A DNA stretch of 63,777 nucleotides, the filler included, from Saprolegnia diclina VS20 (taxonomy: Eukaryota): NCBI RefSeq assembly GCF_000281045.1. It is 10 parts of 2 records of this genome, joined end to end, with 100 filler letters (N's around TTAATTAATTAA, not from the genome) between each part and the next. Parts side by side here need not be neighbours in the genome. Positions count along the whole stretch, not along the records: positions 1 to 28,942 come from NW_008246079.1; 9 more parts are not named here. One strand, given 5' to 3'. Positions 11,511 to 23,768 of this stretch are shown one piece after another. The translations under genes and the position numbers were made by a program. A model generated the notes under the pieces. The model saw only the letters and a program-made list of their open reading frames with translations, was not told where the DNA came from and did no database searches. Numbering within the stretch: position 1 is the stretch's first letter; each line of letters opens with the position of its first letter.

Positions 11511-13760
11511 CTAGTGCTTGCCGTCGCCAAGAGCAACGTTCTCCAGCTGCACGTCGGACGGGTGCACGAGCGCAGCGTCCGTAGGAATGGGCTTGAGCAC
11601 CGGCGGCGCGACGTCTTCGAGCGTCACCAAGCTCTCGAGATACGCTTTTGGACGCAAGAACGACGTCGAGCCTACGGCGAACCTCTCGTGCTTGCATCTG
11701 GAACACCGATGGGACGTACCCAAGACCACGTCGCGCTTCTCGAGTTCGCGAACCTCGTACACGCTGCGCAGCTAGGTGCAAATGCATCATGCGGGACGGC
11801 GACAGAAGCAGTCTACCTCTGAGTACGTGGCACCGCCAGCGATAAACACAATGAGCTTCTCGCCCGTAAATGCGTCCTTGGTCTAGGCACCGCATCGACG
11901 GTAAAGCGAAAGCGCAGATGCCAAGTCGTACCGTCGACGACGCGGCGTCCGAGCTTTTGCCCGTGACTTTGGCAGCAATTTTCCTAATAACGAGTCGCAA
12001 GCGTCCAGTTGCGCATACTGCGTACTTGCGCAACGACGTGGGCTCTGTCTTCTTGGCGGCGGTGGGGCTGCTGCTCGTGTTGCTTGTCGGTGGCGGTGCA
12101 ATCACATACGGAAACTCGGTCGCATCCAGCGTCTTCTTGAGAAGCTTGTCCATCCAGCCCTTGAGCTTGGGCTCGTAGCGGGCCGTGGCGTACTCGGCGC
12201 TCGACGCCTTCTTGGCGGCGTCCTTGATCTCGTCCGACGTCAAGTTGTGCCCCGTTGCGTTCGAGACAACCGCGATCTTCTGCATGAACACGCCGAGGTA
12301 CTTCATGTTCTGAAGCGCCTTGTCTGTCACCACCGGCAGCTGCGCGATCTGGAAGAGCTTGCGCCGGTCCGCGTCCTTGGCCGCATCCTAATCACACAGC
12401 ATACTCTCTCGTCTCGACCGCTCGGACGCATATCGCACCTGCGTGATGATAAAGATGGCGAGTAGTCGGGCTTTGTCCGACGCGGGGATCTTGGGATCTC
12501 CGAGCAGGTCCTCCATGTCTTTCAGGACTTTGGGGAGCTTGATCTTCCTGCCGCTGTCGTCAACGCCGGTCGCGAGGCTCTGTTCGAGCGTCGAGACGCC
12601 GAGCAAGTTGTGCTTGGTGTACTCGTCCAGCGTCTTGCCGGCAAGGTACAGGTGCTGCGAGAGCTTGCTCAGCGTATCGCGAAACTCGGGCAACTCGCGC
12701 AGGGCCGCCGCGAGCTGGCTCACGTCCGGAGCCTTGCCTTTGCCTTGCAGCGACGTGCCGGCGTTTGACGCTGAGAGCGCGGCCATGCGCCCGCCGATAT
12801 CCTTGCTCACTTCCTAGAAAAGTATCAATGTATCGAGAAACGATCAAGATAGCAAGTGCAAACTGCAATGTGCGTGTGGCGCAACTCGGTCCAGAGCGCG
12901 TCGTTTTCGTTCAGAAGCGCTTGCTTGGTCATCGTGCCCGTCTGCGTGTCGGCCGGGTAGCTGATCGAGTCGCCATGTAGCCCGGCGCCGTCGAGGAGGT
13001 CGTAGACCATGGCCTGGTACGTCACTTCGTGCACGAGCGGGCACAGCTGGTCTTGCGATCGCTCGACAAAAAGCAGGGTCGACCGCGACGGGCAGTAGGC
13101 AAACGCGCTGTTGGACGCGACGTACTCGTTCATCTTGGCCTGGAAGAGGCGCGCGAGGACCTCCATCTTTTGCTGCCCGGCCTTGTAGCGCACGTACGGA
13201 TACTCTTCGAGGGTTGCGCAAGCCGTCACGAGCTGCGCGCTCATGCGCTGGAGCAGCGGGTCGACGCTAAGGGCCGCGTGCGGCGAGTAGAGTGTATGGA
13301 GTGCGTTGGGCAGATCGAGCGAGAACGCTGCGCGCTCGAGCGCTAAAAAGTCGACGTTGACCTCCTTGAGCGTGCGAAGGCGCGGCAAGAGCGCGGGACA
13401 GGCCTTGAACTTGGCCACGTCATCGGACGTGGCACGCGCGTTGAAGAAGATGTGCACCGACCCGTACATGGGCTTGTCGAGGACCTTGAAGTCGGCGAGC
13501 ACCTTGTCGATCGACGACGGCGCGATAAAGTAGATGGCCGCCATCTCTGGGAACGGCTGCCGCACGAGCTCGAGCCGCTCGACGATCGAGACCCCGCGCT
13601 CCGTGAGGTCCGTCATGCGCACGACAGGCGAGGCGACGGCCGTCGTCGCATCGTCGAGCACGAGGACGACCCAGCCGCGCGAAGCCACGCTCGTGGCCTT
13701 GATCATCTTCTCGAGGAGGTTGGTCTGGACCTGCGTCCGCAGGTTGGGGCTCTCGGCCAT
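11511..13760 (-). CDS. Sec1/Munc18 family syntaxin-binding protein, 6 introns
   Basis: Motifs WVVLVLDD, RQPFPEMAAIYFIAP, EEYPYVRY, PLVHEVTYQAMVYDLL, LWTELRHTHIA and KLIVFIAGGATYSELR. GT-AG introns at 12814-12863, 12388-12438, 11984-12025 and 11883-11931, plus two near the 3' end. Confidence 0.93.
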
Positions 13761-14027
13761 CGTCGTCAAAATCTCCAACTGGCCCGTAACGACCCGGTCG
13801 CAAAAATCACGTTCATTGGTTAAAATACGACGGTATGGCGAAAGGCCATTGGTGCGATCTTTGCAATATATACGCGATCGGGATTGGCTGAAATCAAAGT
13901 GCAAACACGATGTGATTGGGCGGTTTTAGATGCACATACCAGATCAAAAATCTAGTGTCCGACGCAACCAGATCCCGTCTGGTTCCAAACTGAAAACTAC
14001 ACAGGATGATTCATACACGTGTGACAC

Positions 14028-17000
14028 TTAGTAGGCGGGTTTGACGTCGACAGCGAAGCTGTTGGGCGAGAGTACGTCTGCTTCGACTTTGACGCTACCA
14101 GAATGTACCACATGTGAATCTGGCCTTGGAAACGCGTGGTCCTGGAGCAGACTCTGCACGAGCTCATCGAGCTCGTCAAACGAGTCGTGGAGAAATGCGA
14201 CAAAGAACCCGAGCGGCATCTCCCGCGCGCCGTCGAGCCACACGTCCGAGTCGGCAGGCAGCGTAAACAACAGCGGCACCGCCGTCGAGCCGTGGAAGCT
14301 CGCATACTGCATGAGCGTCGAGAGGATGAGCGACATGTCAAAGACAACTTCATCTGGCCGCGGGTCCGCAGGACGGCCGACCAAGAGCGACACCGAGGCG
14401 TGATACGCCAGCGTCATGCGCTCCATGTAGGCGCGGCGCTTGGCAACGACGAGGCCGAGCGGGTAGCCCCGTAGCTCGTCCGGGACGTGTGGCGAAGACG
14501 GTAGCACCAACGACGGTGGCACGGACGACGCCGGCACGAGGCGCGCAGCGTCCGCAAGCAGCTCAAAGTCCACCGACGCCCACTCGAATCCGAGGTCGTG
14601 GAGCGCTGTGGCCTTCTCGGGGGCCATGGCAGCCGCTCCAATGTCCCGCAGCCACATGACAATGAGGCCGAGCGGTAGATCCCAGAGCGACGCGTCCCAT
14701 CGCGGGCAACTGGGGACGCGGAAGGACGCTGGGACGTGAAGGTGGTAGAAGCGTTCCTGGTACGTCTGTAGCGCGAGAAGCTTGGCGCGCCACCGAGCGC
14801 CGACGTCGTACTGGAGTCGGAGCAGTGGCGCCGCGTACGCCGGCGACGACAAGACGGCGTCGACGTCGAGTCGCGTGAGGTACCTCCCGATCGGACCGCC
14901 CGAGAGACTGGCCGGCGCATCGACAATGTCAACGTCGGTGATTTGCCGGCCTGTGCGGCGAAGGGTCCAGCGCTTGAGTACGTGGAGGACGTCTCGCCAC
15001 AAGGCAGCAACTGAGGCGTCCCAAACGAACCCAATGACGTCCAGACGGTACCGGTGCACGGGTTGCAAGCGGTCGGACGCCGCCCGAATCATCTCGACGG
15101 CAGCACCGAGCGTGAAGCCAGCAAATGCCGGTGGCCACGTGGCGACGCCCGCCGGTACGACAAAATCGCTTGGCACTAGTACATGCCCGTGCAGCTGATG
15201 GTAGACCTGGAGTGCCAACAGCCGCCGATCCCACTTGGAGTACATTCGCAGCTCGTCTGATGCAACGTCGCGCTTGATCGTCGCGTCGTCGGTGGCAGTC
15301 GCAGGCGCGATGACGGCAGAAGCAAGCACTTCACCGACAAGCGAAGGTTGCGGTGTCGAAGGCTCGGACTTTGGCGCCCACGGACCAACGGGCTTTCCGG
15401 ACGTGTGTTCAGGTACGAGGCGGTCGTGTTGAGTGGCAAGCGCGGGCTCGTGCTGACGCAGCACGATACCCGCAGAGGCATTGACCGAGGCAGTTGTCGA
15501 CGGTGGGAATGCGAGCATTTGCGCCGGAGCTTCATCCTTGACGGTCGCTTGAAGCTGCGAGGGCGACGCCACCGAAAGTGTCTTGGCTGCGAGTGGCGTG
15601 CAAGTAGTCACCTGCGCCTGTAGCAGCGGTTGTCGCCCTGCGAGGGAGGGTGTTGCCGGGGGGATGCTGTTGCCTTGTTGTCCCACCTTGAGCGAGGGGT
15701 CGATCCCGAGCTCTTCGATCTCATACTCTTTGCTCCATGCAACTGTCCGTGGCACGACGGCTCGCGGTACCGGTGCGCGTGTGTCCGTCGTTGTACTGGC
15801 ACCTGACTTGCACGCCGAATGAGGCCAAGGCTCTGGACAAGGATCGGTGCCAGTCGCCAATGTCTTGGTCGCGGCCGTCGGTGTCGACAACGACTTTGGC
15901 CGCAAGGCAAGCGGTAGCGGCGGTCGACGCTGCTTGGCCCACCACGGTTGATCCACCAGCGACGGTGTCGATAGTGACACATGCTTCTCGGCGGCAACGA
16001 CCGACGTCGACGGCAGTGGATGGCTCGGAAGGACCGTCGGCGCCGGTGTCGGTGCTTCGTCGTCTTCTGTCTCGTCAGCATCAAAAGCCAAGCCCATGTC
16101 CATGTCGTCCTCGGAGCAGGTTTCCGTGTCGTCGGGCGACCGGACAGGCACAGGACTCTCGGCTGGCGACAGCAGACAACTTGTCGCGATCTCATCGGCA
16201 TCGTCGTCGCTGCGAAGCGCCTCGTTGTCGGCGTAGGACGTGACAGCTTGTGGCCGTCGAGTCGCGGGCCCCATGCTAAACTCGCCATCGCTCTGCGTCG
16301 CACTCTGGTCGTCGTCGAGATCGCTGATGGTCAAGTCAATGTCGCTGCCCACGCCCGAGAGGTCCCGCGGCGGCGACGTCAGAAACGGCGACAGCGCCGC
16401 CAGGATGCTAGCATCGAGCACAAGCGCGCGGTGCATCGCCAGCAAGCGCATGGTCCAGTAGCCAAGGCGGAGGCCTCGCAGAGCTGGCGGCCACCCGCGT
16501 CGACGCACGACAATGGTCGATGGCAATGGCTCGGCAGGATGTGACGTGTGGTAGTGTCGCAGCGCCTCGTCGATGCGGTCGAACGACGTCGAGACGTGCG
16601 CTGTTGTGAGCCACGCCTGGCGGTGTCGTGCCAGCTGCGGTTGCCGGCGGTGCAGTTGCCACGCGAGGTCCCCGAGCGGCGTGCCGGCGTGTCGACACCC
16701 GTACGGTACGACAAAGTCGATCGGGACGTCGCGATCGCACTCGGTCAAGAGCTGCGTGAGCGCAGGCCACGGCGGGATCTGGCGCAGGAACATGAGACTG
16801 TGCAGCCGCGTGAGCTGCTTGTCCGAGAGCTCGACCGCGTGCTTGGCCAGCATCTCGGGCACCCGAGCAAGCTCAACGTCCCACATGGCTCGTGGCCAGT
16901 TGGCGTGCTTGTGCGGCACGAGGAACATGGGCGCGATCGCGCGCCGGCCGTAGAGGTGGCGGTACATGTCGAGGGCGTCGATCTGGTCGTCAAAGGCGAC

Positions 17001-17327
17001 GACGCGGAGGTACCCGCCGCGGCGCTTGACGTGCGTCACGCAGGGCGACGCGCCGCCGCCTGGTCGCCACGGAAAGCCCATCTCAATAAGCACGTCCAGC
17101 GTCGATGGCGGCAGCGTCGGCGCCGTGCGAAAGCTCTCGACGGCGTGCGCGAGGTCCATCCCGCCCATCACCGACGGCCAGTCGCTGTTGCCGCATGGTA
17201 CCGTGTACGTTGGCGCAACCTCGCACGTGCCAAAGCGGTCACGGTAGACTCGCAGCGCTCCGAGCTTCTCGTCCCAGGACCACAGCCGCGGTGGCGAGAC
17301 GTCGCGATGGCGGCGCTTCCGGCTCAT
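14028..17327 (-). CDS. HA-domain repeat protein with long acidic/Pro-Thr-rich linker
   Basis: ORF 14028-17516, likely start MSRKRRHR at 17327. HA units include WDEKLGALRVYRDRFG, WDRRLLALQVYHQLHGHVLVP...LDVIGFVW and WRAKLLALQTY...LHDLGFEW. Confidence 0.85.
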   Translation of the reverse strand: MSRKRRHRDVSPPRLWSWDEKLGALRVYRDRFGTCEVAPTYTVPCGNSDWPSVMGGMDLAHAVESFRTAPTLPPSTLDVLIEMGFPWRPGGGASPCVTHVKRRGGYLRVVAFDDQIDALDMYRHLYGRRAIAPMFLVPHKHANWPRAMWDVELARVPEMLAKHAVELSDKQLTRLHSLMFLRQIPPWPALTQLLTECDRDVPIDFVVPYGCRHAGTPLGDLAWQLHRRQPQLARHRQAWLTTAHVSTSFDRIDEALRHYHTSHPAEPLPSTIVVRRRGWPPALRGLRLGYWTMRLLAMHRALVLDASILAALSPFLTSPPRDLSGVGSDIDLTISDLDDDQSATQSDGEFSMGPATRRPQAVTSYADNEALRSDDDADEIATSCLLSPAESPVPVRSPDDTETCSEDDMDMGLAFDADETEDDEAPTPAPTVLPSHPLPSTSVVAAEKHVSLSTPSLVDQPWWAKQRRPPLPLALRPKSLSTPTAATKTLATGTDPCPEPWPHSACKSGASTTTDTRAPVPRAVVPRTVAWSKEYEIEELGIDPSLKVGQQGNSIPPATPSLAGRQPLLQAQVTTCTPLAAKTLSVASPSQLQATVKDEAPAQMLAFPPSTTASVNASAGIVLRQHEPALATQHDRLVPEHTSGKPVGPWAPKSEPSTPQPSLVGEVLASAVIAPATATDDATIKRDVASDELRMYSKWDRRLLALQVYHQLHGHVLVPSDFVVPAGVATWPPAFAGFTLGAAVEMIRAASDRLQPVHRYRLDVIGFVWDASVAALWRDVLHVLKRWTLRRTGRQITDVDIVDAPASLSGGPIGRYLTRLDVDAVLSSPAYAAPLLRLQYDVGARWRAKLLALQTYQERFYHLHVPASFRVPSCPRWDASLWDLPLGLIVMWLRDIGAAAMAPEKATALHDLGFEWASVDFELLADAARLVPASSVPPSLVLPSSPHVPDELRGYPLGLVVAKRRAYMERMTLAYHASVSLLVGRPADPRPDEVVFDMSLILSTLMQYASFHGSTAVPLLFTLPADSDVWLDGAREMPLGFFVAFLHDSFDELDELVQSLLQDHAFPRPDSHVVHSGSVKVEADVLSPNSFAVDVKPAY

Positions 17328-17650
17328 GTCGTCTTTGTCGTCGTATGGCAGCCAGCCAAAAACACCCAACTTTCGGTCTTTGAAGTTTCCCGCGATTTTG
17401 CACACCTTGCACACGAGCGACGCAGGCAGCTGCTCACTCCCAGTATCCCTCAAGCGTCTGCAGGCTCCAGTATACTGGCGTCCACGGACCTCCTCTCGTA
17501 ACCAGCGTTTTGACATGGCCCTTCTCTATGCAACAACCGCGCAGTTCAACGACCCATCTGGCGCTCAGTTCATGCAACAGTACGATCTAGTACATGGGCT
17601 ATAAAACCCACAACTATAATAGCTCTCGACGATATGAACGCTATCGACGG

Positions 17651-19223
17651 CTACGCATCGAGGCTCGTGCGCGACACGGAGGACATGCTCCATCGGCGCG
17701 GCAAAGCGCCCGCAACGACAACGTTGACGGGCGACCCGGCGACGAACGCGTCTTCGTGAATGCACACTTCATCCTCGGCCGCCATCGTCGCCATCGCCGT
17801 CACCGCCATGCGGTCCCAGTCGACGGAGGCGTACTTGGCCGAGAGCACGAGCAGTTTGAAGCCGGCCGTGACGCAGATGCCGGCCCAGAGCCCGGCAAAG
17901 CCATAGTTGCAGTGGATCGCCAGTACGTAGCTCAGAGGTAGCTGCACGAGCCACATACCGGTGAAGACGACGCTCGACACGAACGGCATCTGGCCCATGC
18001 CGTTGAGTATGGCGGTGACGGTGATCTCGAGCGCGTCGACGCTAAAGCCGAGCACAAAGAGCGGCAGCACCGAGCCGCAGTGCGCCATCAGGTGCGCATC
18101 CGACGTGTAGATGCCGAGAATGGCCTCCTGGAAGCAGAGCAAGAGCCCAACGACGACGCCGACGACGACGAGAATCGTGGCAAAGCCGAGGCGGCTTGCA
18201 CCCCGCGCCGCATCCGCTCGGCCCGCACCGAGATGATTCGCGACCTTGACCTGGGTCGCGCAGCCAAAGCCCCAAAAGAGCGCCCAGAGCAGGCCCCAGA
18301 GCGTGAGCAGAATCGCATTCGACGCTAAGATCTCGGCGCCCATGTGCGCAGCGATGAGCGACATGCACGAGTTGGCGAGCGTCGTAAAGCCGTCAATCAT
18401 GCCGAGTGGGATCGCCATGCGGAGGAAGAGCCGCCACCGATCACGCGTGAAGGCCGACCAGTGCCACCCGCCCCACGCCTGCTTGTGGTAGCCGCGGTAG
18501 ACAAACGCATAGAGGAAGAGCGACGTGGGCTGGAACCAAGACGCAAGGACAGTCGCGATAGCCGACCCGTCAAAGCCGAGGCCGTTCCAAGCACCGGCGC
18601 CATAGATGAGCACGTAGTTGGCAAGTATCGCGAGGCCGATCGAGATGGACCCGATCGCTGTCGTGGGCGCGACAATGTGCATGGCCTGGAGGTACTGCCG
18701 CATGCACGCATACGCCAGCGTCGGCCAAATGGCACCCGAGAGAATGCGGCTAAAGCGCGTGCCGAGGTCGACGATGACCGCGTCGTCGGTCGCGCGGACG
18801 AGGATCCGGTCGAGGCACCAGTAATAGCCGACAACGAAGCAAGCCAGGCACGAGACGAGCAGCAGCGCCATTTGAAACCAGACGCCCATGAGCGTAAAGT
18901 TGCGTGCGCCAAACGCTTGGCCGCAGAGCTACCGACGACATGAGAAAGCTCGACGACGTGTGCAATGCTACCGTGATGAGCGACGAGGACATGGCCCAGA
19001 CAGAGAAGAGCGGCACTTGGGTCCAGATCGTGGCCAGCGACGCGGCCGCAAGCGACTCGGTGCCGAGGTGCCCGAGAAAGGCCGAGTCGATCGTCGTGAG
19101 TGCGATGCGCGTGATGTTGGCGAGCGCCACCTGCAGCGCCAGCGAGAGGTACGCGCGAAGCTCGTCGCGCCACGCAAATCCCTCGGCTTTTTGCAGCAGC
19201 GGGTGCCCTTCGACGACGTGCAT
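17651..19223 (-). CDS. MATE family transporter (copy 1), one intron near 18930-18970
   Basis: IDSAFLGHLGTESLAAASLA, spliced to LCGQAFGA, then LGFDGSAIAT and VANHLGAGRADAA. Multiple transmembrane helices. Confidence 0.92.
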
Positions 19224-20823
19224 GGCTCACCTCCACCTCTGCGAGCACTCGGAACGTTGCGATCTTTCGCAAAGATCCAAGAAGTAGCTTTGACGAACGG
19301 AAGAATGTGGTCGGTATGCCTCCATCGTGAAGCCCCACGGCAGAGACGCTCATCGTCCGTGCCTTGGGCGACCGCGATGGGTGGATCATGTGGACACGCA
19401 GGTGCGTCCGCAGCTGTCGCTTCCCGCAGTCTGCAACCCCTCGCCCACTGCAGCGCTATCCGAGCGGGGACTTCGCCGCAGGCTCCTTCTTCGCAGTCGA
19501 GTAGCTCGTGCGAATACTCCCAACACGGCTGCGCCTCGTGCCGCCCGCTTTCGCGCCGTCGCCCCGCATCCTGCGTGGTTGAAGTTGCGCTCATGCATAT
19601 CTTTGAAGCGACCGAGTTCTTGAGGCGACCAAGGCCATGCGAACTTGACGTGTCTACTTGGGCGCGGTACCACGTGCAGGAGTAGCTTTCGGCGATGCAG
19701 CGACCTTCCTATGCGCCTGCAGCAGCGGCGCTGCCATGCGCCATGCATACGAGTCGCATTCCTCTGTAATGAGCGTTGTAATATCGACACGAGAGCCAAG
19801 ATCGCAGCATATGCTGTCATCGAACGTCACGCTCGTCCAAGCCAAGTCCAGTTGCGGACCTGGCGCGTCGACAGGCATCGCACCGATGGGACATGCTCCA
19901 GCGATCTGTCCAGCGCTGCGCCCGTCGCTACCGCATCGTCGCCGGCCGCGCCGATCGATGGCGCCACCGTCCACTGCGCCACCGACGCGCCGACGCGCCA
20001 CGTACCAGGTGCGCTCATACGATCCTCCACGCGCGGACGCCATCAGCCGTCTCTGCCAGCCTGCTGGCGCCCATCCCACGCCCGCTCTGCCCGACTCCAT
20101 TCGGCATTACACCAGCGAATTCAAGCGCAAAAAGAAAACCCGATTTTAATACACTGTATCCGCGTGCATTTTATTCCGCACAGGGGGACCCACGGGTTTT
20201 GACGGCCCACCCACCTTGAAGCACCGCCTGCTGAGCCCTCTCGCTCTTTCATACAAGACGCAAGAGAGTATAGGGCAAGAAAATCAGATCTTATTTCGGT
20301 GGCGGTCGACTTCTACGCGCACGAGGACGGGGCTACCTACTTCGTCGGCAATTCACGATCGATGCTTGCACACAATGTCGGGTACGACCGGTGGTACTCG
20401 ACGCATCGGCGAAGCCAAACAACAGCCGCATTAAAGGGGACCCGACTGATGTGATCATCGTAGGGGGGCCTACGTGATATAATTCCAAGCGCATTAAAAA
20501 GCCAGTTTTCGACCTTTTTTTGACTGCAACCGTCGAGAGATCAGGTTTTCTGGCGCAATTTTTACTTCTCTGGAATAAAAATACGCTGCGTCCCATACAA
20601 ACTGCAAGTAAATTGTAAAAAAAGTGCGCGCTGTAACGCCACGCCGCGCTGGACGTAGAGTCCACTCCTTGCCGGCCTTTTTATTTGAAAATCGATTCTT
20701 ACACTGGAAAATTGTATGTAATAAAATAAATGGAAGCCGCCAGGCGAATCGCGGGTTGTTATTCTTCGTTTTTCTGTGTGTGCGTCGGAGCCGCTATTAC
20801 CTTTTTCCGCCGCCCGCCGAACC

Positions 20824-22421
20824 ATGTCGTCGTCGTCCTCGAAGCCCAGCGACCGCCGGTGGAGCTTTGTCCGCGCGTCCGAATTCTTTAGCGGCGACGG
20901 CAAGCCCGACACGTACGCTATCGAATGGTGTAAAGCGCGTTGAAATCTGATGCGAACTGCGTGGCTAGGCTCGATATCCGTGGCATGACTGCGGCCGCGA
21001 AAGGCGTCTCGTCCAAGCGCCAGAAGTTCCGCATGAGCGTTGTCAAGAACGGCGTCACGATCTATGGCTCCAAGCCGTGCCCGAACGCCGAGCACGACCT
21101 GGGCCATGGCCTCTTGGGCCAGCCGGCGCCGGCGACCGGCGCCTCGACGCCGTTGAAGGACCGCGAACGTATTTTTATTGAAGACCCGCGCGCGCCGTGC
21201 CTCACGATCGACTATGGCAATGACACGTACAAGATGATGCCGTCGATCGAGCGCTTCTCCGCCCACACGGGCGTGTGTCAGATTCTCGGCACCAAGCTCA
21301 TTCGCGGCGGGAAGCACCAGGTGCACGTCGGCGACATTTTGCGCTTTGGCTCGGTCGGCCTCCTCGTCACGGAGATTGACACGGGCCGCACGGGCACGTC
21401 GGACGCGTCGCTGTCGCCGTCGGACATTTCGCACCTCACGCAGCGCCTTGTCTGCCTCGACGAACACCAAGGCGACGTGGACAGCGGCGACGATACTGAC
21501 GAGGCCAACGGCAACGAAGGGTCGCAGTGCGACGACCCGACTGCCACGCGCCTCTCGAACCGCAGCTCGTCGGTCGCAATCTGCTACGTGTGCTACGACG
21601 AGAGCGAAGACGACAACCCGCTCATTGCGCCCTGCAAGTGCTCGGGTGACACCAAGTACATCCATCTTAACTGCCTCAAGCGGTGGCACACGAACGGTGA
21701 CAAGAACGAGATTTGCGCAGTCCTTGACGAGAGCGACGCGCGCACGTGCTCGATCTGCAAGGCCGCGTACCCGTCGCGCGTCAAGATCCCCGAGACAGGC
21801 ACCTACGTCTCGCTGCTGCCAGACCGTCTGGACGCACCTAGCATCATGCTGCAGGTCGTTACGAAGCACTCGTCGTCGACGCTCAACACATCGACCCGGT
21901 ACCAGCTCAGCTACAAGACGCTGCTCGGCCTCGAAGGCAGCCGTCCGCTCATGATTGGCCGCTCGTCGCAGTGCGACCTTGTGCTCAAGTACCGCACCGT
22001 CTCGACGATCCACGCCGAGCTGCACTACTCCAAGGGCGAGTGGTTTGTCAAGGACGCGGGCAGCTCGAACGGCACGTTGCGCTACATTTACCGCCCGCTC
22101 ACGCTCGCCAACAACCAGATGCTGCACGTCAAGTTTGGCCGCACGGTGCTTTCGATCAAGCCCACAAAGAAGCTGCGGCTGCCATCGCTCTTTGGCATTG
22201 GCAAGCACGAGTCGAGCCAGCTCATTCGCGAAGACGACAACGACGAGCGGTCGCACCACCGTCACATGGACGAGTCGTCGCGCGCCCGGTCGGTCCAAGG
22301 CCGCGCCTTGTCGGCGGACGCGGTCGACGGCGCGAACCGCCGCCCCGGCGGCTCGATGAACGCGATGACGGAGGTGGCCCGCCGCTTGGACCACCTCGAC
22401 ATCAACAGTAGACAAAGCTAA
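20824..22421 (+). CDS. FHA - RING-CH (RINGv) - FHA protein, putative E3 ubiquitin ligase
   Basis: ATG at 20824 and intron 20913-20968 join in frame. C4HC3 motif CYVC...PCKCSG..KYIHLNCLKRW...CSIC. FHA motifs IGRSSQCD...VSTIHA...KDAGSSNGT and an N-terminal GDILRFG. Confidence 0.88.
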
Positions 22422-22475
22422 GAAGCTTTTTTAAAGTATCGTGCGTGTTTTCTGAGTTTTTGTTTCAACTTTGTA

Positions 22476-23768
22476 TCAAGTCGCCAAGCACGACGCGCGA
22501 CCACACGGCTGGAAGAAGGCGCAGCGGCGGGTTGGTGGGACGCAGCACACAAGGAGGGCGGGGTCGGTGGCAACCGAAGCGCGATCGGCGCCACGGAGAC
22601 AGAGATGGCGCAGTGTCGGTGGGCAGACCCACGCCGCCGCACCGTTGCCGGGACCACGCAGCGCCAAGCGTTGGAGGCGAGGGCACCGGTGGACTGCCGG
22701 CACCGCCGCCGCTTCTTCCATCCACTCGAGCTCGAGCGCGACCAGACTCAGAAGACGGGGCAGGATTTGCGAGAGGCAGTCGGCGGTCGCATCGTCCAGC
22801 TGGTGTAGGCTCAATCGAAGGTGGCTCAGTCGATGTAGTGTCGGGAGCGTCCGCAGCGTGTCAAGAAGTCCGGGCGTCGCGGTCGCGTCAAAATGGAGCG
22901 TCTCGAGGTGCGACTGCCGCAGCGCTACCGGTAGAAACGTGCCGACGATGGCGAATCCTTTGGTCAAACAGAGACTTTGCAGCGTCCGCGGCAAGGGCGT
23001 TTGCATGAAATCGAACGCGATACCGTTCGTGTCGTCGAGGTCGAGGATCCGCAGCGACCGCGACGCATGCAGGGCCATGGCGACGGCCTCGCACGCCACG
23101 TCCCCGAGATCGATGTGCCGCAGCCGCACTGCCTCGGCGCGGCCTGTGCCCAACCACGTTACTAGAAAGGTCACGGCGAACGGCGGGAGGCCGTGCACGC
23201 CGGGACAAGCGATCGTGAGGTCGGCGAGGCGCGGCAGGCGCGCGATGGTGGCCAGCAGCGGCGACAGTACCACGCCAGTCTGCGACGTGAGCCACGACAG
23301 CTCAAGAACTCGCAGATGGACGAACGAAGCCAGCACGCGCCGCGCGAGCGCAATGTCATGCAGCGTCGCGTCAGTGCGCAAGGCGAGCGAGAGCTCGACG
23401 ATGCCGCCATGGCTGCCCATGTGGGCGACGGTGGACAGGGCGGCGGTTGAGCGCAGCGCAACACGCGTGCTCGCATGGCGGAGAAAAGGGAAGCGCGGAA
23501 TAGGCGACGTGTCGATGCGCACGACGGGGCGCAAGGCCATGAGCTCGGCGGCGGCGACTGCGTGACCCGGGGACGTGAGCACGGCGACGCGGAGCTGCGG
23601 CCAGAGGTGGCACAGCGGCACAGCGGTTGAAAGCGTCCATAAGCTCTGGTACGGGAGGCTCAGGCTCTCGTACGGCAGCAGCGCGAGGAGCGTGCGGAGG
23701 CCAAACGGGCACGCGACGAAGCCGGCGATCCTCTCGACCAAGTCGGCGTTGCTGGCGACGGCTGCCAT
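22476..23768 (-). CDS. RNI-like leucine-rich repeat protein
   Basis: LxxLxL repeats (HLRVLELSW, RLADLTI, SLRILDLDD, TLQSLCL, RLSHLRLSL, RLQRLAL) after an N-terminal ...LWP segment. Confidence 0.7.
   Translation of the reverse strand: MAAVASNADLVERIAGFVACPFGLRTLLALLPYESLSLPYQSLWTLSTAVPLCHLWPQLRVAVLTSPGHAVAAAELMALRPVVRIDTSPIPRFPFLRHASTRVALRSTAALSTVAHMGSHGGIVELSLALRTDATLHDIALARRVLASFVHLRVLELSWLTSQTGVVLSPLLATIARLPRLADLTIACPGVHGLPPFAVTFLVTWLGTGRAEAVRLRHIDLGDVACEAVAMALHASRSLRILDLDDTNGIAFDFMQTPLPRTLQSLCLTKGFAIVGTFLPVALRQSHLETLHFDATATPGLLDTLRTLPTLHRLSHLRLSLHQLDDATADCLSQILPRLLSLVALELEWMEEAAAVPAVHRCPRLQRLALRGPGNGAAAWVCPPTLRHLCLRGADRASVATDPALLVCCVPPTRRCAFFQPCGRASCLAT

Noticed and set aside
20562..22415. 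617-aa antisense ORF (likewise 3694-5355, 42264-43664, 25919-27217)
   Set aside because: Shadow frames of GC-rich genes that have clear domains on the opposite strand; no motifs of their own.
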